A DNA stretch of 64,000 bases from NCBI GenBank assembly GCA_963727445.1, contig CAVSGI010000014.1, forward strand, positions 192,001-256,000, written 5' to 3'. The DNA is from an uncultured delta proteobacterium (lineage in GTDB: Bacteria; Myxococcota_A; Polyangia; Polyangiales; B10-G4). The notes under the pieces were generated by a model. It did no database searches. It had not been told where the DNA came from and worked only from the letters and a program-made list of their open reading frames with translations. Within the stretch, counting starts at the first letter, position 1. Every line of letters starts with the position of its first letter. A program made the translations under genes and the position numbers. Positions 32,009-41,433 of the stretch are shown piece after piece.

Positions 32009-34096
32009 CTACGGCACGATCGTGAACGGCTCGCTCTCGGCTTCGCCCGTGCCTCGCACGCTCACCGCGAAGCGATTGGTCCCGGGGGCTGCCGGCAGCT
32101 GCACAATCAGCCGACCCTCGGAGGCGTTGTCGACGCGCACCGGGTGATCGCCGAAGCGGACCTGGTTGCGGCGTGCGCTCGAGGAGAAGCCGTGGCCACG
32201 GATCACCACGTGACAGCCCGGGCGGTAGCAGGACGGAGTCATCTGAGTGATGGCGATGCCTCGGGGAGCCGCGGTCACCGTGAACGCCGGTGTGTTGGCG
32301 GTGCGGCCGTCGGGGAGGCGCACCGTGAGCGGGCCATCTTGAGCGCGCCGGGGAACCACCACCAACAGGCCTCCGTTCGTCACCTCGCCGCGCACGGCGC
32401 GCCGGACGTTCGGGAAGAGGACGACCGTTCCGTCCACCAACCCTTCGCCGCGCACCAGCACGGTGTCGCCGACGAAGGTGCTCGTCGGGTCGATGGCGCT
32501 GACGGTGAAGGCGCTCGTGACGTTGAAGCGGGACCGCGAGCTGGCCGTGCCCTGAAGCCGAACGTCGACGGTGATCTGATCGCTGGTCGCACCGGCAGGC
32601 ACCACGGCGACGATCTCGCCGTTGGCCACCGAACGCACCTGCATCGGCCGGTTGCCGATGCGCACCCGGACCAGGGCCAGGGCGGTGCCGAAGTTGTCGC
32701 CGGTGATGGTCACCTCGGTCCCCGGCGCGCCCGCGCTGGGCGTGAAGCTCCGGACCACCGGCGGCTGCGTCAGCACGAAGGGCGATGCCGAGCGCGCCTC
32801 GCCGTTGTGAGGCACGCGCACCCGCAAGAGGCCGCTTCGAGGGGCCGTCATCCGGACGCGGAGCTCGTTGGCGCTCGCGGCGAGCACGTCGATGCGGTTG
32901 CGACCGACGAACACTTCGTTGCCCGCCGGATCCGGCGAGAAGCCGCCGCCGCGGATGGTGACCTCGCTGTTCGCGGGGCCTGTAGTGGGGGAGAAGCTCG
33001 TGACCTGCACCGGCGTGAGCACGGTGAAGCTCGCGTTCGACTCCACCGGGCCGACGCCGTTGACGGAGACGGCGATCTTCCCGCTCGGCGTGCCCTCCGG
33101 GATGTCGACGTCGATGCGATTGGGCAGCACGCGCCGAAGCGTCACGGCGCGCCCGCCCACCGTCACCGAGACGACGCGCGGGTCACGACCGAAGCGCTCG
33201 CCGCGGATCGCCACACGGCTTCCGGGAGCCGCTGCGGTGGGCTCGAAGGCGGACACCACCGGCGTGTACTGAATCACGAAGGGCGACCCGCTCTCGGCGC
33301 GCCCTCCCCCCTGCACGTCCACCAGGATCGGTCCCGACGCAGCCCCCTCGGGGATGCGCGCGACGAGGGTGGTCGCGGTCGCCGAGCGCACCCTCAGCGG
33401 CCGGTTGTTGATGTAGGCGCGGTTCGCACCGCGGCGTGTAGAAAAGCCGGTGCCGATGATCCGGATCTCCGTCCCTGGCGGCCCCGAGTGTGGCGAGACC
33501 TCGGAGATGGTCGTCGAGGCGCCGACCTCGAAGGGATTGCTCTGCACCTGGCCAGCGTGGCTCACGTCGACCACGAAACGGCCGTTGGTCGCACCCGAGG
33601 GAACCACGAGCACGAGACGCGTCGGCGTCGCCGAGCGCACGACCACCGGGCGGCTTCCGAGGGTGACTCGGTTGTCGCTGATGCGCGGCGCGAAGTTCTC
33701 GCCGACGAGGGTGACCTCGGTGCCCGGCCCGCCTTGGCTCGGGGTCATTCCGAGGATGGTCGGCGCGGGCCGACCGGCGGTCACGCGGAAGTAGGGACCA
33801 CGAAAGTCGCCGAAGCCGGTGTGCACCACGATGTTGCCGCTCTGGGCCCCCTCCGGGATGCGTACGACCCAGCGACCCGGGTGGCGACGAACGGTGATCA
33901 GCTCGGTCTGCCCGAGCATGATCTGGCTTCGGGGGTGGATTTGCCGGCCCACCAACTGCACCTCGATGCCCACCGGCCCGGCCGCGGGCTCGATCCGCTC
34001 GATCACCGGCCTCGGCTGGGCCGAGGCGGCGGCCGGCGCGATCAGAGCCGCGAGCGCGACGAGGACGAGGACGGGGAGATCACGGAGCTCAGGCAC
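32009..34096 (-). CDS. Secreted protein of about 7-8 tandem IPT/TIG domains
   Basis: Signal AAASA/Q; repeated P.I..FSP..G.PGTEVTI.G.NF...V..G...V.SA....L...VP.GA.SG.I.V. Confidence 0.88.
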   Translation of the reverse strand: MPELRDLPVLVLVALAALIAPAAASAQPRPVIERIEPAAGPVGIEVQLVGRQIHPRSQIMLGQTELITVRRHPGRWVVRIPEGAQSGNIVVHTGFGDFRGPYFRVTAGRPAPTILGMTPSQGGPGTEVTLVGENFAPRISDNRVTLGSRPVVVRSATPTRLVLVVPSGATNGRFVVDVSHAGQVQSNPFEVGASTTISEVSPHSGPPGTEIRIIGTGFSTRRGANRAYINNRPLRVRSATATTLVARIPEGAASGPILVDVQGGGRAESGSPFVIQYTPVVSAFEPTAAAPGSRVAIRGERFGRDPRVVSVTVGGRAVTLRRVLPNRIDVDIPEGTPSGKIAVSVNGVGPVESNASFTVLTPVQVTSFSPTTGPANSEVTIRGGGFSPDPAGNEVFVGRNRIDVLAASANELRVRMTAPRSGLLRVRVPHNGEARSASPFVLTQPPVVRSFTPSAGAPGTEVTITGDNFGTALALVRVRIGNRPMQVRSVANGEIVAVVPAGATSDQITVDVRLQGTASSRSRFNVTSAFTVSAIDPTSTFVGDTVLVRGEGLVDGTVVLFPNVRRAVRGEVTNGGLLVVVPRRAQDGPLTVRLPDGRTANTPAFTVTAAPRGIAITQMTPSCYRPGCHVVIRGHGFSSSARRNQVRFGDHPVRVDNASEGRLIVQLPAAPGTNRFAVSVRGTGEAESEPFTIVP

Positions 34097-34256
34097 GTGG
34101 GCCACCTTTCGAGTCAGCGCGGGCAGGCTCTTCCAATCGCCCAAAGGCGTCAATGGGCCCGGAAAAACGGTCCCGCCGCGTCGGACGAGATGGGACCCCA
34201 AAGGATTCAAGGCCGCCTCCGTGCTAGGGTCCGCGGCCCGAACGGAGGACGAAATC

Positions 34257-35914
34257 ATGAGCACGAGCAGGACCGTCCGCGCCCCTCGCGGCGTGGAGCT
34301 CAGCTGCAAGGGCTGGCCGCAGGAGGCCGCGCTCCGGATGCTGATGAACAACCTCGATCCCGAGGTCGCCGAGCGCCCCGAGGATCTGGTGGTCTACGGC
34401 GGCACCGGCAAGGCCGCGCGCTCGTGGGACGCTTTCGACGTGATCGTGCGCGAGCTGCGCGACCTCGAGGCCGACGAGACCCTCCTGGTGCAGTCGGGCA
34501 AGGCGGTCGGCCGCTTTCGCACGCACGCGGATGCGCCGCGCGTGCTCATCGCCAACAGCCTGCTGGTGCCCGCCTGGGCCAACTGGGACGAGTTCCGCCG
34601 CCTCGAGGCGGAGGGTCTCACGATGTACGGCCAGATGACCGCGGGCTCGTGGATCTACATCGGCACGCAAGGGATCCTTCAAGGCACCTACGAGACCTTC
34701 GTCGCCGCGGGCAACACGCACTTCGGCGGTGAGTGGAAGGGCAAGTGGATCCTCTCCGCCGGTCTCGGCGGCATGGGCGGCGCGCAGCCCCTCGCCGCGA
34801 CCATGGCCGGCGCGGCTTTCCTGGGCGTGGAGGTCGATCCCGCGCGCGTGAAGCGCCGCCTCGAGACACGCTACGTCGACGCCGCCACCGAGAGCCTCGA
34901 CGAGGCCCTCGACATGGTGAAGAAGTGGACCGCCGCGGGCGAGGCCAAGTCCGTCGCGCTCATCGGCAACGCGGCGCAGATCTACCCGGAGCTCGTTCGC
35001 CGAGGCGTCACCCCCGACTTCGTCACCGAGCAGACCTCGGCGCACGATCCGCTCAGCGGCTACATCCCGCCGGACCTCGATCTCGACCGCGGCCGCCGAG
35101 CTGCGCGCGCGCGACCCCGAGAGCTACGTGCGCCGCGCGCGCGACGGGATGGCGGCGGAGGTGCGCGCGATGCTGGCGATGGTGCGCGCCGGCGCTCACG
35201 CCTGCGACTACGGCAACAACATCCGCGAGCAGGCGCGCATCGCCGGGGCCGACGACGCCTTCGACATCGAGGGCTTCGTCCCGGCCTACATCCGGCCGCT
35301 CTTCTGCGTCGGCAAGGGTCCCTTCCGCTGGGTCGCGCTCTCGGGCGACCCCGAGGACATCCGCGTGACCGACGAGGCGGTGAAGGAGGTGTGTCCCCGA
35401 CGACGCCGCCCTTCATCGCTGGATCGACATGGCCCAGGAGCGCGTCGCCTTCCAGGGCCTGCCCTCCCGCATCTGCTGGCTCGGCTACGGCGACCGGCAC
35501 CGCGTCGGCCTGAAGTTCAACGAGCTGGTGCGTGAAGGAAAGGTGAAGGCGCCGATCGTGATCGGCCGCGACCACCTCGACTGCGGCTCGGTGGCGAGCC
35601 CCAACCGCGAGACCGAGGGCATGAAGGATGGCTCCGACGCCATCGCCGACTGGCCCATCCTCAACGCGCTCGTCAACACCGCGGCCGGCGCGACCTGGGT
35701 GAGCGTTCACCACGGCGGCGGCGTCGGCATCGGCTACTCGATCCACGCCGGAATGGTGGTCGTGGCCGACGGAACGAAGGAAGCGGACGCCCGCCTCGAG
35801 CGCGTGCTGACCAGCGACCCGGGCATGGGCGTCATCCGCCACGCCGACGCCGGCTACGACCTGGCGAAGAAGACCGCCGAAGAGCGGGGCGTCCACGTCC
35901 CGCACGCACGATGA
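34257..35914 (+). CDS. hutU: Urocanate hydratase, frameshifts at ~35090 and ~35395
   Basis: [44 protein letters not shown]. Confidence 0.95.
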
Positions 35915-37174
35915 GCGAGCGCCACGCGCTGGTCGTCCACGGCGGGACGCATCGTCACCTGCGACGGCCCCGACGACGCCCCGGCGAAGGAGCGGCTGGC
36001 CATCGTCGAGGACGGAGCGGTCGCCGTCGGAATGGACGGTCGCATCGCCTACGTGGGCGAGAGCTCGCGGGCGCTCCTCGAGAGCGCCGACGAGGTGGTG
36101 GACGCGCGCGGCGGCGCCGTGCTCCCGGGTCTCGTCGACCCGCACACCCACCTCGTCTTCGCCGGGAGCCGCGTCGACGAGTTCGCCCGACGCATGGCGG
36201 GCGAGGACTACCGCGCCATCGCCGCGGCCGGCGGGGGTATCGCGGCCACGGTCCGGATGACGCGCGACGCGGACGACGACACGCTCTTCACCCTCGCCGC
36301 CCGGCGCGCGCGTGCGATGCGCGCTCACGGGGTGACGACGATCGAGGCGAAGAGCGGCTACGGCCTCGACGCGAGCGCCGAGATCGCCTCGCTGCGCGCG
36401 GCGCGGCGCGTGGGCGACGAGGGCATCGTGCGCATCACCACCAGCTTCTCGGCGCGCATGCGCTGCCCCCCGAGTACGCCGACGACCGCGCGGGCTACGT
36501 CGAGCACGTGGTGAACGAGCAGCTACCGATGGTGGTGGACGCGAAGCTCGCCGACGCGATCGACGCGTACATCGACGACGGCGCCTTCACCCTCGAGGAG
36601 GGCCGAAAGGTGCTGAGCGCTGGACGCGACGCGGGTCTCGCCGTGCGCGCTCACGCCGGACAGTTCGCCGATCTCGGGCGCGCCCGAGCTGGTGGCCGAG
36701 CTCGGCGGGCTCTCGGCGGATCACCTCGAGGAGGTGTCCGACGCTGGGCGCCGCGCCATGGCCGAAGCGGGCGTGGTCGGCACGCTCTTGCCGGGCGCGT
36801 GGCGCACGCTCCGGCAGACGCCGCCCGACGTCGGCGCGCTTCGCGCAGCGGGCGTGCGGATGGCCGTGGGCACGGACCTCAATCCCGGCACCAGCCCCAC
36901 GACCGACCTCCCGCTCTGCGCCGCGCTCGCAGTCCGGGACGCGGGCCTGACCCTCGAAGAGGCGGTGCTGGCCGTGACCGCCGAGGCCGCGCGAGCCGCT
37001 GGCGTGAGGGGCGCCGGTCGGCTGCGCGAGGGCGCCTTCGGCGACCTCGCGATCTACCTCCACGACGACCCCCGGGCGCTGGCTTACGGGATCGGGGACG
37101 TCCGCCCGATCCTCACGATTCTGGGCGGCAAAGTCGTGCATCGCGGGGATTTTCAAGCCGTCTCTGTCTGGTAG
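35911..37174 (+). CDS. hutI: Imidazolonepropionase, several frameshifts
   Basis: [42 protein letters not shown]. Confidence 0.92.
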
Positions 37175-37189
37175 ACTCCGGGGCTCCCG

Positions 37190-37519
37190 ATGGATCTGGA
37201 TACCGAGGCGGCCTACGAGGCCTACCTAGCGCGATTCGACGACGAGTTCGGGGACAAGCCCCCCGGCACCTTCGTCAAGTTCGGAAAGCACATGGTGCAG
37301 AAGCTCACCGAAAAAGAGTTCCCCGAACGACTCGATTACTACCTGAGGATGCACCGCACCGCGAAGGAGATGCTGGCCGCCGGATCCACCATCAACGACG
37401 CGGTCGTCCTCGAGTTCGACGAAGCGTCGGCGTGGATCGCGATCAAGGCGCCCAACATGCTGAAGATGTTCAGCGGTGAGATCGGCGACCCGGACGTCGC
37501 CAAGGGCATCAAGAAGTAG
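37190..37519 (+). CDS. Hypothetical protein
   Basis: Clean 109-aa ORF with typical codon bias. Confidence 0.7.
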   Translation: MDLDTEAAYEAYLARFDDEFGDKPPGTFVKFGKHMVQKLTEKEFPERLDYYLRMHRTAKEMLAAGSTINDAVVLEFDEASAWIAIKAPNMLKMFSGEIGDPDVAKGIKK

Positions 37520-37537
37520 CCGTCGCCAGCCGCCGCT

Positions 37538-37834
37538 TCAGTAGCTCCGCGGCAGGCCGTCCTCGTCCATGGTGTCGAGGGCGTAACGGATGAGCGCGCT
37601 GCGGCTCATCTTGCGGTGCCCCTTCTCTTTGAGACGGGCGACGGCGGCGTCCAGACGTGCCAGGTCGTCCTTGTACATGGAGATGCAGATCACCTCGTAG
37701 TGGTCGGGCTTCTTCTTCTTGGTCTTCGCGCGACGCTTGGTCGGCGCCTTGACGGTCTTGCCCACCGGCTTGGCGCGGTAGAAGCGGTCCCTGAGGACCG
37801 CGTCCACCTCGTCCTTCGAAAAAACATCCTTCAT
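37538..37834 (-). CDS. Small protein with C-terminal ribbon-helix-helix-like motif (ParA partner)
   Basis: YEVICISMY-KDDLARLDAAVARL-MSRSALIRYAL; starts 10 nt after the parA stop. Confidence 0.72.
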   Translation of the reverse strand: MKDVFSKDEVDAVLRDRFYRAKPVGKTVKAPTKRRAKTKKKKPDHYEVICISMYKDDLARLDAAVARLKEKGHRKMSRSALIRYALDTMDEDGLPRSY

Positions 37835-37844
37835 CGGGGATACC

Positions 37845-38957
37845 TCAAGTGATCTGGTGAATCGTCTCGGCGAGCGCGACCGCGGTCTCGTGAAGCATGG
37901 GCGCCGGGATGCTGCTCTTCCGCGTGGGGCTGCGCATGTCGCGAATGCGATCGACCAGGGTCGTGTAGTCGAGCGCGCCGTTGCTCATGGGCGCGAGCTC
38001 GAAGATGGTCTTTCGATCCCGCGGGGCTTCACGCAGCTTGGTGTTGACGCGAATCGCGGGCAGGCACTTGTCCCCGAAGTGCTCGCGCAGGGTGTCGACA
38101 GCCTCGTGGGAGATGCTGTTGCGCACGTCGAAGAAGGTGGGGATCACACCGAGCAGCTCGATGTCATGTCCCAACATCTCCCGCACGTTCTTGATGGTGC
38201 GCAGCACCTGGCGGACGCCCACCAGCGACAGGTAGTCGCAGCTGACCGGCAACAGAACGCTATCGGCGTAGACCAGGACGTTCTGATTCATCAGCGACAG
38301 CGCGGGCGCGCAATCGAGGACGATCACGTCGTAGCCCCGCACCCGGTCGCCCAGGCGCTCGCGCAGAATTCGGTCGCGGTTGGGACGCTGGGCCAGGTAG
38401 AGTTCCGCCGCCGAGAGGAGCTCGTTGCTGGTGAGCACGTCGAGGTTCTTGCGCACCGGCACCGCCGCCTGCGCCGCGTCCGCTCCGTCGACGATGACGT
38501 GGTAGAGCGAACGTTCGCCGCGAATACCGAGACTGGCCCCGACGTTGCCCTGGCCGTCGCAGTCGATGAGCAGGACCTTCTCACCCGCCTCGGCGAGCCC
38601 CGCCGCGAGGTTGATCGCGGTCGTGGTCTTGCCGGTGCCACCCTTGTGGTTGAAGACCGCGATGCGCGCGGGGATGCGGCGGTGACGCTTCGAGAGCGCG
38701 GGACCCACGTCGCGGCATCGAGGCGTGCAGTAGTACCTCGCGCCCGCATCTTCCGTCTGAACCTGATACGGGTACTCCAGCTCGAACTGCTTCGCGCAGA
38801 CGCTGCACTGCTGCGCTTGTCGCGCGCCCATCGCCTGCTGCTGGCAGATCTGCGAGCAGTAATAGGAGAAGCCCACCGGCCCCTCGTGCACCTGATACCG
38901 GAACCGCACCTCGAAATCGCGCGAGCACACGCTGCACTTCGACCGAACCGAATCCAT
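37845..38957 (-). CDS. ParA/Soj-family ATPase with two N-terminal TRASH/YHS-like Cys4 motifs
   Basis: KGGTGKTT, LIDCDGQGN, LDCAP; CSVC...YYCSQIC and CSVC...YYCTPRC. Confidence 0.9.
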   Translation of the reverse strand: MDSVRSKCSVCSRDFEVRFRYQVHEGPVGFSYYCSQICQQQAMGARQAQQCSVCAKQFELEYPYQVQTEDAGARYYCTPRCRDVGPALSKRHRRIPARIAVFNHKGGTGKTTTAINLAAGLAEAGEKVLLIDCDGQGNVGASLGIRGERSLYHVIVDGADAAQAAVPVRKNLDVLTSNELLSAAELYLAQRPNRDRILRERLGDRVRGYDVIVLDCAPALSLMNQNVLVYADSVLLPVSCDYLSLVGVRQVLRTIKNVREMLGHDIELLGVIPTFFDVRNSISHEAVDTLREHFGDKCLPAIRVNTKLREAPRDRKTIFELAPMSNGALDYTTLVDRIRDMRSPTRKSSIPAPMLHETAVALAETIHQIT

Positions 38958-39299
38958 TTCGCCCTCCTCGCGATGCGCTTATCGAAGCGAATCGCTAAGG
39001 CAGACGAACCACGCCGGGCGATGAGCGGTCAAAAAATCGACGAGCTCATCCGCCGAGCATCACGCCGCAGCCGACCGAGAGCTCGCCGCCCACGGCCGGG
39101 TCGAGAAGCACCGAAAAGTCGATGAATACTGGGCCCAGGAGCGCTCCCGCGCGGAGGTACCAGCCCCACTCGGCCCCTCTGCGCCTGGGCGACCGAAGAC
39201 GACGACAATGAGAGCGCGAGCGCGAGAAGACAGAAGAGCCGAGCCACTCGCGTCGATTAAATCACAGCTCCCGAAAACGGAGTGTGTGCCCGCCAACGC

Positions 39300-40016
39300 C
39301 TAGGGCAGTTTTACCTTCAGCTTCGCGAAGTCCTTTTCGACGTGCTTCGCCCAACCCTGGTTCGCCTTCGGGCTCGCCGGGCTCGGGTGCAGGATCACTC
39401 CGACCCGGCGGGTGTCACCGACGACGGCCTTCGCCCGCTTCTCGGCCCAGACGCCGACGCCGATCACCAGCTCGGGGTCGAGGAGCGCGATCGCGCGGCC
39501 CAGGTGCTTGTCGCAGACCGCCTCGAGCGCGGCCCGCTCCTCCTTGGGCAGCTTGTCGGGGGTGCGGTTTCTGCCGCTCTCCTCCATGAAGACCAACGGG
39601 CAGTAGTTGAGGATGAAGAAGCGCTCGAAGAACGCCTCGGGCGTCTCGAAACGATCGCGGATGAAGCCCCACAGGCGCGTGCCGCTCACCTCGGAGCGGG
39701 TGCAGTCGAAGCCCTCGATGGGGCGCTTGGGGTGCACCTTCTTCGGCTTCTTCACCGGCGCGTCGATGCCGAGAAAATCACGCACCATCGAGACCTCGCC
39801 GAAGGGGACGCCTGTCTGCGCCATGCCGAAGGGACCCGGGTTCATCCCGACCAGGACGAACTGCTTCTTGCCGCCGCCGTAACGCTCGAGGAAGGCCTCG
39901 TGCGGCGCACGCGCGTAGGTGAGCGGGTTGTAGACGTGGGTGACGGGGTCGGCGAAGGTGAGCTTGCCGACGTCGCGGCTCAGGCCGCGGCTGATGCTCG
40001 AGAGGGTCGTCGTCAT
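39300..40016 (-). CDS. SMUG1-type (family 3) uracil-DNA glycosylase
   Basis: YNPL, GMNPGPFGMAQTGVPFG, SEVSG, NYCPL, HPSP. Confidence 0.92.
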   Translation of the reverse strand: MTTTLSSISRGLSRDVGKLTFADPVTHVYNPLTYARAPHEAFLERYGGGKKQFVLVGMNPGPFGMAQTGVPFGEVSMVRDFLGIDAPVKKPKKVHPKRPIEGFDCTRSEVSGTRLWGFIRDRFETPEAFFERFFILNYCPLVFMEESGRNRTPDKLPKEERAALEAVCDKHLGRAIALLDPELVIGVGVWAEKRAKAVVGDTRRVGVILHPSPASPKANQGWAKHVEKDFAKLKVKLP

Positions 40017-40041
40017 GGCCTAAGCCTCGGCCGATCCCCTA

Positions 40042-41433
40042 TCAGAGATGCAGGTTCAGGCCCAGGCGAACGATGTCTGCCGAGCCGCTGTAGGTCCCAG
40101 TCGGGCTCGGATGGTTGAAGGCCACCAGCGAAGGCTGGCTCACAGGTCGGTGATAGCTCTGGGTGATGTTGCGGTCGGGCAAGAAGACGTGGCTGTACTG
40201 AAGATAGACGCTGAAGGCATCGACGATGCGCCATCGCGCCGCGAGGCCGAGCTCCCAGCGATCGAAGTCGATGTTGTTCGGCGCCATGGTGAGATCGGGG
40301 ACGATGTTCGTCTGGAAGCTGCCGAAGACGATCAAGCGAACCTGCTCCACCGGCAGATAGGCGGCGCGGAGCTGGAGGCGATGACGGTTGGTGTAGGCCT
40401 GCGGCTTGGTGGTGTTCTCCACCGCGTCGGAGGTCGCCTCGGTGATGATGAGATTGAAGTTGGGCTGCGAGGCGGTGTTCTCGAAGACGTAGTTCAGGCC
40501 GAGCTCGACGTTGGGAACCGGATAGACGCTCACGCCGGCGCCGAGGCGCCAGGGTCGGCTGAGGTCGAGGTCGAAGTTGCCGCTGAGCTCCGGCAGCGTG
40601 ATCCCCGGCAGGATCCCGTTCGCGTAGTCGACGAGGGTCGGCGGGTACTCGACCGAGAGGCTGCCGCTTCCGTTTATCGACACCGGGGTGTGGGCCGACA
40701 CGCCGAAGGAGAGCTGGTCGAGGGGATGGAAGAAGAGCCCGAAGACGCCGCCGATTCCCCAGCCATCGGCGCCCCCGGTCACGGGCGCCGCGAGCGAAGG
40801 GTCGGCGTAGGGGAAGGGGCTATCGACCGGGGGCATGTCGGCCATCTGATTGACCTGGGCGTTCAGCTGGGCGCCGAGGTCCTTGTCGACGTCGATGGTC
40901 ATGTTGGCGTAGGTGACGTTCACGCCCGCGCCCACCGAGAACCAATCGACGGGGGACCAGCTCACGGCCGGCACCAGGGAGATGTCGAAGATCGCGCCGT
41001 TGACCATGTAGTAGCGCGTGATCTGGCTCGCTCCGTCGTCGCGGCCCCACTGCCCGCCCTGGGTGTCGGGGATGGTGATGGTCATGCCGACGCGCCAGTC
41101 GGGATGAATGGCCGCCGTGTAGCCGCCCAGCGTGAGGTTGGGGCCGACGGGCGATGCGTGGCTGGCAGCGCTACCGTCCAGCGGCTGGTAGTTGGCGTTC
41201 AAGAAGGCGGCGCCCACGTCGAGCTCGACCAGGCTCCCGTCGCCGGCGTCCATGGCGGCGGGGTTGTTGAAGGCCGACGCGCCATCGGCGGTCGCGGCCC
41301 CCGAGGTCACCGTCCCCACGTACTGCGCAGACGCGCGCCCCACCCCGATCCCCCACGCCGTCAGGAGGGTCGCGGTCAGGAGGAACAGCGCTGCGAGCCA
41401 CCGTCGGTCATCTATCGACGACGACGACGGCAC
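40042..41433 (-). CDS. FadL/OmpP1-family outer-membrane lipid channel
   Basis: Signal, ADGASAFNNPAAM, alternating beta strands, C-terminal RLGLNLHL. Confidence 0.8.
   Translation of the reverse strand: MPSSSSIDDRRWLAALFLLTATLLTAWGIGVGRASAQYVGTVTSGAATADGASAFNNPAAMDAGDGSLVELDVGAAFLNANYQPLDGSAASHASPVGPNLTLGGYTAAIHPDWRVGMTITIPDTQGGQWGRDDGASQITRYYMVNGAIFDISLVPAVSWSPVDWFSVGAGVNVTYANMTIDVDKDLGAQLNAQVNQMADMPPVDSPFPYADPSLAAPVTGGADGWGIGGVFGLFFHPLDQLSFGVSAHTPVSINGSGSLSVEYPPTLVDYANGILPGITLPELSGNFDLDLSRPWRLGAGVSVYPVPNVELGLNYVFENTASQPNFNLIITEATSDAVENTTKPQAYTNRHRLQLRAAYLPVEQVRLIVFGSFQTNIVPDLTMAPNNIDFDRWELGLAARWRIVDAFSVYLQYSHVFLPDRNITQSYHRPVSQPSLVAFNHPSPTGTYSGSADIVRLGLNLHL

Noticed and set aside
34257..37174. 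Decayed hut operon
   Set aside because: Same indel artefact; hutH/hutG may lie elsewhere
39029..39247. 72-aa ORF with a signal-like N-terminus
   Set aside because: Weak codon bias, no recognisable domain, and it overlaps the probable parA promoter region
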